A DNA stretch of 64,000 nucleotides from Octopus sinensis (Eukaryota). A program made the position numbers and the translations under genes. The DNA lies in NCBI RefSeq assembly GCF_006345805.1, contig NC_043005.1, positions 59,892,001-59,956,000 on the forward strand, written 5' to 3'. Numbering within the stretch: the stretch's first letter is position 1; each line of letters opens with the position of its first letter. This document shows, piece after piece, positions 25,782-39,560 of the stretch. The notes below the pieces were generated by a model. It was not told the origin of the DNA and ran no database searches. It saw only the letters and a program-made list of their open reading frames with translations.

Positions 25782-27304
25782 CAAAAATATTGCTGCTATT
25801 TATGGTGAAGACGGTAGAAATGTACATTTGACTTGATGAGGTAGATTTAAATAAGATGCACTAATGATGAGCTGGAATAAATTCATTATTCCTTTAGCAT
25901 GTTAGATCCAAGATGTAAATTTATTGCTGAAAAGCATGGGCTGAAATGCATAATCTGCATTCCTGATGTAGTTACCAACGGAATTTCATTACAACTTCCT
26001 TTCCCTATAACATGTGTGTCATCGAAATCAATTATTACCAGGCGATTCTTTTGCTACATTTATAAATATTTCATTATTTTTTAAATAGAAAACTAAGGAA
26101 ATATTTCTTGGAAGTAATTAAATTTCGAAACTACCAAATAGATTATTTGGAAATCTTTCGGTTTCTTGAATGGCACTCTAAAATTGTATTTCGAGGGTGC
26201 TATTGGGGAAAAAACCCCATAGAAAGTATATACGTACATAAAATGTTCTTATTTACAATTGGCCTAAGTGATGTTGTATACAAAGATTTGCATTCATTGG
26301 TGATGCTCATAAAAATGTAAACGAAATTTATAGGAAAGATAAGAAACATATGCCCAGAGATATAATACATAGTAACTAGTCTGAGTAGATATATTTGCAT
26401 AGAGTACGTTTATCTCGAATTATAATGTTTGAGCAATTTTCAAATTCGATAACAGAACAATTATCCAGTATGACAACCCTATTTAGAGCACCATTGATAA
26501 ACATAATCACTTCTAGTTGTCTCCAATCTAGTATTATAATCGGAGAGTTGATAAAGTATTCCTAATTTCAAGACTGAATTTCATTTAATTCTAAAAAAAC
26601 TACATTTTTTTCTTTTACATATCAAGTATTGGTGAAAAACTTAATAAAAGAGATAAGAGAACAGTGCTCTGAAAATGTTACGTCCAATTCTGTATATATT
26701 AGATGATAATATTTGAAGATCAGTAGATATTTTGTAACTAGATATAAGAAACATTTTGGTTGTCAAATGCAAAGATGAGAGAATAGTGTTCTATATTGCA
26801 TTTACTCCGTACCCAGGCACATTGCCTTTGTACAGACGTATTTAACTTAACGGTTCTAAAGAAGTGAACGCTAATATTCTATGATTAAATTGTTTCCGAA
26901 ACAACTATCTACAACACTCACCGTCATTGGAAATGTTAACAAAGCTGTCGGAGAAACCCGTACATGGTCACTGTATCAGCTAGAAATAGCAGAAGCATCT
27001 CTTTCGAATTATAATTATAATGATGTATATATATATATATTCGTGTGTGTGTGTTAACAGCAGCACATGATTTTTCTATGCACAGGGAAATGATAATTGG
27101 TCTCAGCATATATATTTCGTGACTCAAGTTGACCTACAGAGGCATAAACACGTAGAATTTTTTTCAAATTCTCCATTCTTGCTCCAAATATCTGATAAGC
27201 ACCAACGGAATGCTATGTTTTGTGGAATTGAATGAAGCTATAAGTATAACTTCTATCTTCCAAATGTGTTGACTGCAACATTCAGTCTTTTGTTTACTCA
27301 TTTG

Positions 27305-27377
<73 letters not shown>

Positions 27378-28215
27378 ATGTGTGCGTGTGTGTATGTATA
27401 TCTTGTGTTTGTGTAGGTGCGAATATGTAGTTCTGAATTGTGGCACAGACTATTTTCAGAAAAAAAACTCTAAAAATAGTAACAGATCTATGCGAATGGC
27501 TCCAGCCCTGCCGCGAACTAAAATGAAAACGACTCCATGTTAATGCAGTTCCACGTTTAGACACTATATAATAAATGACGATATACTTTGGCATGCAGGA
27601 AGAATATTAAAGCGTCCGTATTGAGAAGAAGTTATGGGAAAGAAAACATGTAGCAATATTAATATTTACAACAAATAGAACACGCACAATGTTCATATTA
27701 AATTTCCATATTCCTGAAATTAGTGTTTGGACAGTTGGCTCTATTTAGTATTATAGTAAACCGGTATTCTGCTTAATATTTATATTAAGTTGGAAGCATT
27801 TATTATGTGCATCATCGTCTAAATTACCAATAATAATAATAATAATTTCATATTTGCGAGATAAATTAATATTTGCTAAACAGAATATTTTGAAGTTATG
27901 AACATGTGTTGAATATATTAAAAGCAATGTAAAGTACAAAATGCAACAATTTTACTTCTATTATCATTTCTAGGAATATTTCTCCATCGGCATTCATTGG
28001 ATAACAATTTAGTAATTTCATTATAAAATTATCGGTGTAGAAATATCTATTGTTCATATCATCGGTACGGTCGAGAATATATTGCAGAATTTCTTCAGAA
28101 TATTGGAAATTTGAGGTATGTATGCATGCATACATACATGTATATCAAAATTAATGCATTTATGTTTGTATTCTTGAATGTATGTATGTCTGACTGTACG
28201 CTTATGTGTACATGT

Positions 28216-28247
<32 letters not shown>

Positions 28248-28271
28248 GAATATATATATATATATATATAT

Positions 28272-28423
28272 AGGTGTAGGAGTGGCTATGTAGTAAGTAG
28301 ATTGCATACCAACCATGAAGTTCCGGGTTGAGTCCCACTGCGTGGCACATGGGAGAAATGTTTTCAGCTATAGCCTTGAGACGACCAAAGCTCTGTGAGT
28401 GGAATTGGTAGACGGAAACCGTC

Positions 28424-28462
<39 letters not shown>

Positions 28463-28660
28463 TATATATATATACATGTGTGTGTATTTGTGTGTCTGTG
28501 TAAGTCACACCCACCATCTCTTGTCAACCGATATTAGTGCGTTTACGTCCCTGTAACGAAGCTGTTCGGCAAAGGAGACGATAGAATAAGTATTAGACAT
28601 ATAAGGAATAAGTCATGGCCGCAATCAAATGACTAAAACAAATAGGAGAATAAAAGAATA
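28272..28660 (+). mobile_element. Full-length bipartite CORE-like SINE (head, internal microsatellite, LINE-like tail)
   Basis: Head GGAGTGGCTATGTAGTAAG..GGGTTGAGTCCC, (TA)/(TG) spacer, tail GGCCGCAATCAAATGACTAAAACAA; homologous to 32635-33017. Confidence 0.75.
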
Positions 28661-28832
28661 CACACACACACATAGGTGTGTGAGTCTGTGCGGATAAATG
28701 TGTGTGTATATTGGATTATTAGGAATATTAATTTCAAGATTCAAAATAATATAAAATTGACAACTCGCGAGGCGTAATACTGATGCGAGACTATGTATGT
28801 ATATATGTATGTATGTATATATATGTATATAC

Positions 28833-28934
<102 letters not shown>

Positions 28935-28949
28935 ATATATGTATATATA

Positions 28950-29465
28950 CAACTTGGATAAAACTAAGATAAGTTACGAACAAACATTGGTCCAGGCCAT
29001 GTCTAACTTAATAGCATCCCCTGATGGAATTATCTAAATGCTTTTTAAGTCAAGTTCTTTTAATGGTCCATTGAAGTAGTGAGTTCTTGTTGAGTGAGTT
29101 GTATCCAGGTGTGGGTGCCTTATCTGTTTTTCATTGAAGAAATCTGTCCAGACTCTGTTTAAAGGTGATGGGATTCTTTTCCTCTTTCATCAGTTTAGGG
29201 ACAATATTGAACAGGGCAGGGCCTGTTGAGCAAAAGAAATTTTTCGCAGTGTACCTATATGTTGTGATCTTGAATTGGGCAGGAGACGTATGGCCCGTGG
29301 TCCCATCCTTGGATGAACCTTGAAACTAATGTTCAGGTTGTTTCGGCAATGCTGGCGGTATATTCTCCAAATCGTACAAATGATGTACCGCTCGTGACGG
29401 CGCTAGAGAGAGTAGAGTTTCAAGGCTTTAAAGCGGTCTCAGTAATCCAGATAAGTTATGCCTTC
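28950..29465 (-). pseudogene. CR1-like LINE 3' end (RT C-terminus plus 3' UTR)
   Basis: Minus translation: FKALKLYSL*RRHERYIICTIWRIY..GPALFNIVP..FKQSLDRFL..PTPGYNSLNKNSLLQW; typical LYSLQRRRERY/GP.LFN motifs. Confidence 0.8.
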
Positions 29466-29470
29466 AATTC

Positions 29471-29506
<36 letters not shown>

Positions 29507-29529
29507 TCAAGCATATTTACTTACATGCA

Positions 29530-29562
<33 letters not shown>

Positions 29563-30084
29563 GCATGCATATATACACTGATATATATATATTGGGGGGG
29601 GGCATATGTATATTCCTTTTTTGAGTATGCGTGTGTGTGTATGCGTATATAAATATGTGTGTGTATATATATATATGGGCGTGTGTGTGTAAGAGTGCAT
29701 AAGGGCATGTCCGTATATGAACGTGGTTTTTATCCTTTGTATAGTTCCTTATGTTTTCTTTCTGTATTGCTACATTTAACCATGTTTTTTCTTGTGCTTG
29801 TGCGTATATAGATTTATGTATGAACTTTTACGGTACGCGTCTGTGTGTATGAGTTTGTATATATATGCGTATACATTTGGCGATAAATGCGAGTGAAGAT
29901 GTGTACGTTTTCATAGTGACGTATTAGTACGCACGTGAGTCCGCGAGCGCACATGTGAAGTGAGCGCATGAGTAGCCATGCTTACTTGTTTACTATGAAC
30001 TTTTAATCTTAATTTATATAAGTAGCGGAATTATAACACAGTAATTTCCCTTTAAATCACGGAATTTTTTCATAGCGTTTTTTC

Positions 30085-30251
30085 ATATGACCAGATAACC
30101 AAAGAGATGGTGTTGTGGATTTCCACTTCAGCATCTGAAACTCAGAGTTTTATCTTGACTATTGTATAATGGTAGCATATTAATTTACAGATAAATTTCC
30201 TCTATTTACATAATATTAAGGTCTCTTTCTTTTGTTATCTTACCGTTTTTA

Positions 30252-30256
<5 letters not shown>
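30085..30256 (+). mobile_element. PLE-like 3' end (family F) with decayed hammerhead at 30094-30154
   Basis: GATAA-CCAAAGA-GATG..GCATC-T-GAAA-CTCAGAG-TT-TTATC: stem I GATAA/TTATC and stem III intact, core mutated; ends in (TA)n. Confidence 0.65.
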
Positions 30257-30333
<77 letters not shown>

Positions 30334-30610
30334 GTGTGTATGTGTACTGGTATCTGTGTAGATGTTTAATTTCAGTTTTTGAAGTCCTAACTTTTTTTAA
30401 AGTATTCTATGGTTTTCAAATGTTGAGATAGAAAGACGTGGAGCTATACCGCAAGTGTCTGGCAAGAATCCCGGTACATTTTCAACATTTTTTTCTGTAT
30501 TTCAACCCGTATGCAATAAAATAACTGGCTTCTTTATATGATGACGATGATGATGATAATGATGATGATGATGATGATAACAGTAATGATAATAATAACA
30601 ATAATAATAA

Positions 30611-30653
<43 letters not shown>

Positions 30654-30656
30654 TAA

Positions 30657-30688
<32 letters not shown>

Positions 30689-30736
30689 AAGTATGTATAC
30701 ACACACATATACACAAACACACGCACACACACACAC

Positions 30737-30774
<38 letters not shown>

Positions 30775-30778
<4 letters not shown>

Positions 30779-31500
30779 AAATATTAGGGAATAAATCCAA
30801 ACCTATAGGGAAAAATCAGATTTAGGATTAAATCCAATTTTATAGTATAAATATATTATACTATATTATATTAAATTAGAGATAAAACCACTATTAGGCA
30901 AATCAAACGATGAAAAACATAAGCCAATACATAAAATTAATTAATTTATATTATTTTAAATATATATCAAAAGTATTAAAAGTTTAATAAAAGATAAAGA
31001 GTAAAACACTACGATCGTTTCATGGCTGTACAATTCGTAATAATTCGAGCTATAGTTACAGCCAATCTTCAGGTTAATTGAAATATCTAAAATATAATCA
31101 GAAATATTTAAACAATATTTTTAAGATATAAATAATATAGTAATTTTACTTATAATAAACTCTATTATCAAACTAGAAACATAAAACTTACCAATTATCA
31201 TTATATCAAAATCGACTATAATGTTAAATATTAATTTTAATTTATAAGGTAGGAATCCCACCAATAATCTAATATCGGTATTAGTCTATATCTAATTACA
31301 TAAATATTTAAAAATGACTAATATATATAAATTATCAATGAAAATATATAAATGTATATAAATATTATAATTAAGATCTAAAATATTCTCTATAAATAAA
31401 TATATATGCACATATAATAAAAACCTAATAAATTAATTTTTCATATTTAAAGATGAAATAGCTAATTTCAAAATACAAATAAACAAACTTAAACGAACTT
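30775..31500 (-). mobile_element. PLE-like family B' element (same 3' tail as family B)
   Basis: AATATTAGGGAATAAATCCAAAC..TCAGATTTAGGATTAAATCCAATTTTATAGT matches 16771-16845; abuts (TA)n; 5' boundary uncertain. Confidence 0.75.
31005..31076 (-). ncRNA. Type I hammerhead ribozyme, family B' (long stem II)
   Basis: CTGAAGA-T-TGGCTGTA..TACAGCCA-T-GAAA-CGATCG-TA-GTGTT; perfect palindromic stem III; stem I only partly paired. Confidence 0.75.
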
Positions 31501-31637
31501 TCGGAAATCTTATGTAAAATACTTATAGAAATAATCAATTCGTAGTAATATAGTATCGAATAAATACAATAAATACCATAAATAAAATTATCAATGGGAA
31601 TAACTAGCGAATATCAATTTAAAGAAATAACTAAGTT

Positions 31638-31705
31638 ATGCTATTAAATTAGACATGGCCTGGACCAATCTTTAGTCGAAACAAATCTAAGTTTATCAAA
31701 GTTTA
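31638..31705 (+). mobile_element. Extreme 3' tail only of the CR1-like LINE
   Basis: ATGCTATTAAATTAGACATGGCCTGGACCAAT is the near-perfect reverse complement of 28986-29017. Confidence 0.7.
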
Positions 31706-32537
31706 TCTCATTTAATTATAAATTTAAAACTACAATTAATACTATTAAAACATGTATATACAAAAGCCTAACTTAATACACCTCATATGCTTGCTATCAA
31801 ATAACAAATCTATCGCTAAGTAGTATCTTACAGATAAACTTAAATTTGATATCTAATAATATAGAAAAATTACGATAATTAGATCATTACACAAACAACG
31901 ATAATTACATAAGGAAAATATCATTACACCAAAGACTTATACAATATTAAAATTTACAATTTGAAGATCTTAAATATAAATAAATACTTATCTTAGCGAG
32001 GTTTAGCAATGAACTAAAATTTTGAATCGGAAAATGTCTTTACAGCGTTTATAAGAATACTCGTGGAATTACGTTATTAGCAAAAAAAAAAGAATAAATT
32101 GTTGAAGAATTCATTAAGCGTGAGGAATCTACGCTTTATCAATGAGATCGTGAATGGGAAAATTATTGGTTTATCATTGTAAATAGAATGAAGTCACAAA
32201 TAAAGAATAAAATCTCTCTATACAATAATATTTATTAATAAAATAACTATAATAAATAATACTTAATACAAAATAAATTAAATGATTTAAATGATTAAAA
32301 CCACTAATTATTAAATATATTCTAAAAATCTTATATGATTAATAAATATATAAAAAAAATTATTTATATAGTAACCCCTCATCATACTATAAAGTCTTTC
32401 CCATGCTCTTATAGTTATAAGCTAAAATGAGTGATGATAACCAAATCTATAAATACTTATCAAAATTTGTAGTATAACTATACATACGTATACATAAATA
32501 TATGAAAAAATATACATACATATACATATATATATAC

Positions 32538-32588
<51 letters not shown>

Positions 32589-32634
32589 CATACATATACA
32601 TACACATATACACATACATACACACATACATACT

Positions 32635-33017
32635 CTTTTACTCTTTTACTCTTTTACTCTTTTACTTGTTTCAGTCATTTGACTGCGGCCATGCTGGAGC
32701 ACCACCTTTTAGTACTTATTCTATCGGTCTCTTTTTGCCGAACCGCTATGTGACGGGGACCTAAACACACCAGCATCGGTTGTCAAGCAATGCTAGGGGG
32801 ACAAACACAGACACACAAACACACACACATATACATATATATACATATATACGACAGGCTTCTTTCAGTTTCCGTCTACCAAATCCACTCACAAGGCATT
32901 GGTCGGCCCGGGGCTATAGCAGAAGACACTGGCCCAATATGCCACGCAGTGGGACTGAACCCGCAACCGTGTGGTTGGTTAGCAAGCTACTTACCACACA
33001 GCCACTCCTGCGCCTAT
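32635..33017 (-). mobile_element. Full-length bipartite CORE-like SINE
   Basis: Head GCGCAGGAGTGGCTGTGTGGTAAG..GGGTTCAGTCCC, tail GCATGGCCGCAGTCAAATGACTGAAACAAG(TAAAAGAG)n. Confidence 0.85.
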
Positions 33018-33239
33018 GCATATACATATATACATACATATATACACACACATACACACATACACATATACACACACATACATACATGTACATACATACA
33101 ATACTCAATATATACACATAAACCTATATACACCCACCCACACACACATAGATAAATGTATATACATATACATATATATATACACGCACATCAACATATA
33201 CACATATATACATACACCCACAACCACATATATCATATA

Positions 33240-33890
33240 ATAAATACATATATAAATGTCTATATTCATACTACAATACAAAATAGAGGTAAATATTAAG
33301 TTAAATCTAAATAATTAATCTACTAATCTATACTTCTATATTAAATAAAATAGATTAAATAAACAACTAAATAAATCTATTTCAAATATAAAGAGATTAC
33401 ATACAAATAGATTAATATAACAAAATTATAATTTAACCAACTTATAACAGAAATATAACAAAATATATAAAATAAATAAAATTATAACTTACCAGACTCT
33501 ATATTCAATAAACCATTAAATATTTATTAAAAATATATTTAGTAATAAAAAATTTAGTAATAAAATGAACAACTATATATAATCTAACTATAATATGCAA
33601 CATATGGTATAACTATAAACAGGGCAAATTTTAGTCATTTCTCCACGGCCTGAAAAAATCATGAACAGCCTTAATCGATTTTCGAACCCAATCGGGTTCT
33701 CATCAGAGGCGTCTACATCACTCTCACAGTCGTCATTTGAATTACCCAATATAAAGATAGTCGCTCTTAATAGGCAAATGTCTCGATACCAAGAAACTAT
33801 TAGAAGATCGTATCTTTATACTGTGGTCATTAAATTATATCTCTCACTAAGTGGAATACTTCTTGTTGATCTTACCTTACGGACGGGTTA
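33240..33890 (-). mobile_element. PLE-like element (family E); boundaries approximate
   Basis: Carries an intact HHR followed by an AT-rich 3' region; flanked by microsatellites. Confidence 0.5.
33668..33710 (-). ncRNA. Intact minimal type I hammerhead ribozyme, family E
   Basis: GCCT-CTGATGA-GAACCC(GATT)GGGTTC-GAAA-ATCGAT-TA-AGGC: G10.1-C11.1 stem II, palindromic stem III, UUA triplet, 4-bp stem I. Confidence 0.9.
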
Positions 33891-33985
33891 TACATATACA
33901 TATATAAACACACACAAACACACACGCACGCACACTCAAACGCTCATACACACACATATATGTATATATTATATATATTTGTGTG

Positions 33986-34021
<36 letters not shown>

Positions 34022-34089
34022 GTGTGTGTGTGTGTGTACAACCTTTCCCTTCATATCACCTTGTGATAAAGACAATTTTACATTAAGCT

Positions 34090-35520
34090 GAAGCTTTATC
34101 CAATATGTTTTTGTAGACTACATACATTTTCTGTTACACAAGTATTATTGACTCTTATTTCAAAGCTTGTATTGCTAAACTTCGAACAGGTTGTAGTACA
34201 TCCGAGAATATTTCGGCTTTATCTAATCTGTGGTAAGTTTCATTTTTCTATGGGTTGGTGGAGTACTGTTGAATGATAATTATATTGTAGACTTTGTTTT
34301 GATGGGAACATATAAAATACCTTTATTGATTAAATTTAGAAATACGTTGTTGTTCATCATTTCTTCATACATTTTGAAATTTATAATCAGCTGTGTCTAT
34401 GTAGGTATGTTATGTTCAGGTGGTAGCATTCTTTTTAGGATTCACAGAAGAGATTATAAACAGATGAAAAGTTAACTATATCTTTTGGTTGCCGTTGAGA
34501 CAGATAACAGCTTTTCATTGTTTTAATAATATTCAGTAACTGTTTGTATAAGTTTCCTTGCTTCTGAATTAGATATTTTTGTAGTCTTGTACTGGATATT
34601 CTAAAGTAGATTTCCAATCGTATCAGTCCTCTACCGCCTTCAAATCTTTGCACTGTATAATCTGTCTGTTCCAGTTGTTGTGTGTAGTATTCTAAATACA
34701 GTAACTATTTTCATGGTTTTCCTGCAAATTCGTTTAGTGTCTTGTTACGAATATTATAACTGACATAGCGAGAATATTCATGCCTATTACGGCATCTTAC
34801 TTGCAGTTAGCTGTGTTTTATGCCTTATTATAATCTATTTATAAGATTCTTCCCTTATTTTCTTTCATTTGTATCCAGTTCATTGATCTTTAAATGTGTG
34901 TATGTCTGGGTTTGATCTGGTACTCTTATTTCAATTATTTTGTACGATATTCTTGTTCCTAAGTTTTTCATTTTTTCATTTCAACATCTCTATGGCACAT
35001 GTTTTGAATCTCACATTGATTCCATTGGTAGATCTGTGTATTCTCTGCAGAAGTGTTTCCAGTTGGTTGTCAGTTGCAGTGTACAACTTTAAATCTCCCA
35101 TATACAAAAGCAGTTTTGTTGTTTTACGGTAATAGTTATATCTATGTCAAGTTTTGTTTACCACATCAGTTAAAGAGTCAATGCTAAGTAGACGAAAGGA
35201 AAGAAGGTCTCCTACGAAAATTCCTCTTCTAATGGGGATGTTAATAGTTTTTCATAATTCCGAAACAATAGCAATATTAAGATTCAAACTCATCCCTGCA
35301 ACCAAAATAATCATTATAATGTCGCAGTTCCAGCCGAGTACAGCGTGAATAAAGTGAATAAAGTTCGCGTGTCCAAATACCCGATTACAGCAGAGCGAAC
35401 TCAAGTGAGTTAAGATAAAAAGCACCAACCACAATTATTTTATCTAGTTATAGTTTAATTCAGTATCTGATCAATCAGCGGCCCTAGCTCATGATTTTGT
35501 ATGTCCTGAAGCGAAGAAAT
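34090..35520 (-). pseudogene. R4/Dong-like (RLE) LINE RT fragment
   Basis: Minus translation: INIPIRRGIFVGDLLS (QGDSLSP motif), LLLYMGDLKLYTA (YMDD motif), DRLYS../GGRGLIRLE thumb motif; many stops. Confidence 0.8.
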
Positions 35521-35961
35521 TCGATATTGTGATCCACTGCTTTCTGATGATGAATTACAATATATATATATATATATTTTCCCAAAGACCATATATTAAT
35601 TTATATAAATATACTACTATCTCTAACACTCTTAAGTCATTAGTTTCTTTCCATTATATTATATTTCAAGTAGTCCTGTCTATATTATTCTTATATATTG
35701 CTATTTACTTTTCATTAACTGCTAATGTGGCTGAGAATGAGACGCACACGCTTCATGTACAGGACACAAACCCTTCAGAGATGGTTGCTAATTCACTTCG
35801 GATTCTATAGTGTTGCTGTTATTTCATGCAGGAGATAATAATACTATATGAAATATGTAGAAGAGCCTGGGACACAAGCACAATTCGTTTTTAATTTACA
35901 TGATACTACATGAAGGTGATCATCTAGTTTTATACAACACCTACTGAAATCTATTCTCTCG

Positions 35962-36030
<69 letters not shown>

Positions 36031-37164
36031 ATAAACATACATGCATATATATATACATACACGCACGCGCGTATATACACACACACATATATAATGTAGT
36101 ATATAATGTATTTTATACAATACATTTTTCCATACTGGATTTCACACTATCATGTTTAATACAATAACTCACTTTACGCAGAATAAAGTGAAATTCGTAA
36201 TATACTGGAAGTACGACGGTGTCACATGAACTGCCTGAATGGATCATTATTTTTTTATACCACTTGAAAATAATTTTTTATTGATAAAAAGAATTACATA
36301 TTTATCGTGAAATGGTTTATCGTTTATATGATTTCTAAATAATCTATTACTAGTTCTTAAAATCGGATGAAGATGAAGTTGAAGTTAGTAAACTTATTTT
36401 TTCCTTCTTATAAATGCTTATACTATTTATTATTGAATCTATCGCTTTCTTTAGTTATAGTTCAGTAGAGATATATGTTTATTTTATATCTCTCTACGTC
36501 ATATTTTCTTTCACTTTATTGAATTTATATCATATATCATACGCCAAAGGGAAAAGTTACATTGGTTATTAGACTTACGATATTTTATTAAATGCATAAA
36601 GTATTTTCATACCTTATATATAAATATATACCTGATACAATGCAATCGGTTTATGGACATGGTATATAGTACAAATTAATTAACCGTATATAATACGCAT
36701 CAACATAGCTTTCCTCCATAGCAGAATTCCATTCGGATATGGATACCACATTCCAGTTTCTATAAATAAGGCTCTTGTTTCCTTTGTTTCTTTGGCGCTG
36801 TTAATATCGTTACTTTTGCATACCTGAAAAGATGTACGATTTCAACCTTCCAATTAAACCAATACCGAACTTTTGTTTATTTAATTTGAAATCGTCTACA
36901 GTATATTTCGTTTTAAAATTAAATAAGATGAATATCTGGGTGCTAATTCTAGTTCGTTGAGATAACTCTGAGAAGCACGCTCAATAGGACGAGCCAACAA
37001 ACGAACTTAGAAGATCTTAAGTATAATATCACTGATCCACCACAAAATACAGCTGGTGCTACGAATTACATATAATGCAGTGTAAAGATTAGGTCATCAA
37101 GAACGAAATTTGTATAAAAGAAAAAAAAGGTTGCTAATATTTTATAAATACAAGGGATAGTTTT

Positions 37165-37790
37165 ATTCATCAATGTATGCATCCATATTGTCAATACACT
37201 TTTTGCCATTTCAGCGGTAGCTTATCCAGTCCGAAACTGTAAAAGCCTGGCAATCTAGCGTCAATAAAATCTTGGAAGGCCTGTTTTACAGCATCGTCGG
37301 AATTAAGTTTTTCCTATCAAAATGTTATCCAAATTCTGGAAAAAGTGGTAGTCAGTGAGGGCAAGATCAGGTGAGTATGGTGGATGATGGAGAACTTCCA
37401 ACTTCAGATCCTGTAGTTTCACCAATGTCATTTTTGCGATGTGTGGTTTGCCGTTGTCTTGCAATAAAACAGGAGTGGATCTGTTGACTAATCTAGGCTG
37501 TTTTTTGTTTTGCAAGTTTCTGTATCATTTGGTCCATTTGGCTGCAGTATACTGCGGCCGTGATTGATGAGGCAGGTTTAATGAAATCATAATGTGCCAG
37601 ACCATCAAACACACACCATCATTTGTTGATGAATTTTGCTTTTTGGACTGTTTTAAAGTCATCAAATAAGCTCACCAAGCATCTATAAATGTTTTGTGAT
37701 GTCCTGTTTTGTCCTTTCTATGCCCGAATGTAACTATTCATAGTATAGAATCATCTCTTAAGTACATCTCATTGAGATTCATGAGAGATG
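37165..37790 (-). mobile_element. mariner transposase remnant (DD34D), internally deleted
   Basis: ORF 37303-37515 contains LLQDNGKPHIAK..HPPYSPDLALTDYHFF, with 34 residues between the two D. Confidence 0.85.
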
Positions 37791-37979
37791 GCGACAATGA
37801 ACAAACTGGGTGTTTTCACAACTTTTTACCGTAAGAGGGATTTTCCCCACGGGAACTGCAGTCTATTTGCCTTTAGCAGTTGAAATATATGACAAACATG
37901 TTTCAACTAACAAAAAATTCTCCTCATACCTAAACACTGCTTGCACCGATGCTCTCTCTCTTTCTCTCTCTCTTTCTCA

Positions 37980-38059
<80 letters not shown>

Positions 38060-39254
38060 GCGTGTGTGTGTGGTCACACACATACACGCTTATATATATT
38101 TAATTAGATGTACTCATTACACATACATGCATAGGTACGTTTGTAGGTGTATAAATGAGGTTATTATTTTATAAGTTTAAGATGAACTGGATGTTTATTA
38201 AATGGGGAATACTGATTGAGAAGAAGAATCATTTTCAGATTTCAATGTTACCATACCTGAAATTCTATTGGACCGACTGGTTGAATAAACCGTCAGATGA
38301 GGCTTAATATCCCAGCTGATACAAACTTTACATTATATGCCATGTTTGTCTCTCTACTGCTTGAAAATAGGTGATGGATTCTTTGCATCGCGATTTGACA
38401 AAAAACAGATTGCATAAGAACCAGACTATATGCAAATGACGAAATCAAATTTCTCGACTACCGTAAATCCTAAAAGGCGATGCTCTAATATAACTGCATT
38501 TCAATGACAAAAAAGTGTGTGTAGAACTGTCTGCGTGTGTCTGTATTTATACCTCTGTGTGGCTATACGTATATATCTAATGAATATTGTGTGTCTCTAC
38601 ACTCATATATTTAATGAAGTCATTAAGTTTTGAAATATAAATCTACAGTTTCTCTTAGTTTTGATAGATTTAAGCAATGTTGAGATAAATATTTCCTATT
38701 TTATGTTCGATAGCATTAAAGTCGTTTCTTTGTTTTGATTACCTTGAAAACAGACAAGTGTAAGTTAATGGGCTCTCTTTAGCACATTTAAAAATATTTC
38801 AATGTGTTACAAATGCGTTGCAACTTCAATTTAATGTATCGAGTCATGTTCAAAGACGTGACGAAAATATATTTGCTGATTCACGCATACTTAGGGGCAA
38901 GAATTAATGAAATACGAACCAGCAACTGTTGAACTTCTGTCTCTTTCATAAGTAGCTTGATAAACGAGAGTGTAGATTTAAATGTAGAAAGCATTATTTA
39001 AAAACTTGCAGTAATTACTTACATTCCGTGAGATTTGTTTCCGTCACTTAAAAATATAATTCATTTTAATCACAAAGATTTTTCTTTGAACACTTAAGCT
39101 AACTCGATTTCCTCTTTCAATAGAAATGATTATGTATATCCTGAAAATATCACGATTTATCCAAGAGCTGAAGACATATATTAACGTCCAAATACATTCA
39201 ATTCAAAGAGACTTTTACGCAAGCACACGCATACGCAAATACACAGACATACAT

Positions 39255-39292
<38 letters not shown>

Positions 39293-39479
39293 CTCAATAA
39301 ACATATGTGAATACATGCAGCTCCATACATAGATACAGTTGTATATATGTAATAAGTTAGATATCAAATGGCATAATTTAATAGGTACTTACACTGTATG
39401 CTCATATACTTGCATACATACACACGTACACATATGCTGATATTCATACGCACATACATACTTACATGTACATAAATAT

Positions 39480-39560
<81 letters not shown>

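Noticed and set aside
36680-36823. Minus-strand exon candidate (TCTTTTCAG|GTATGC.., VCKSNDINSAKETK..)
   Set aside because: Short pyrimidine tract, no strong donor and no recognisable protein similarity.
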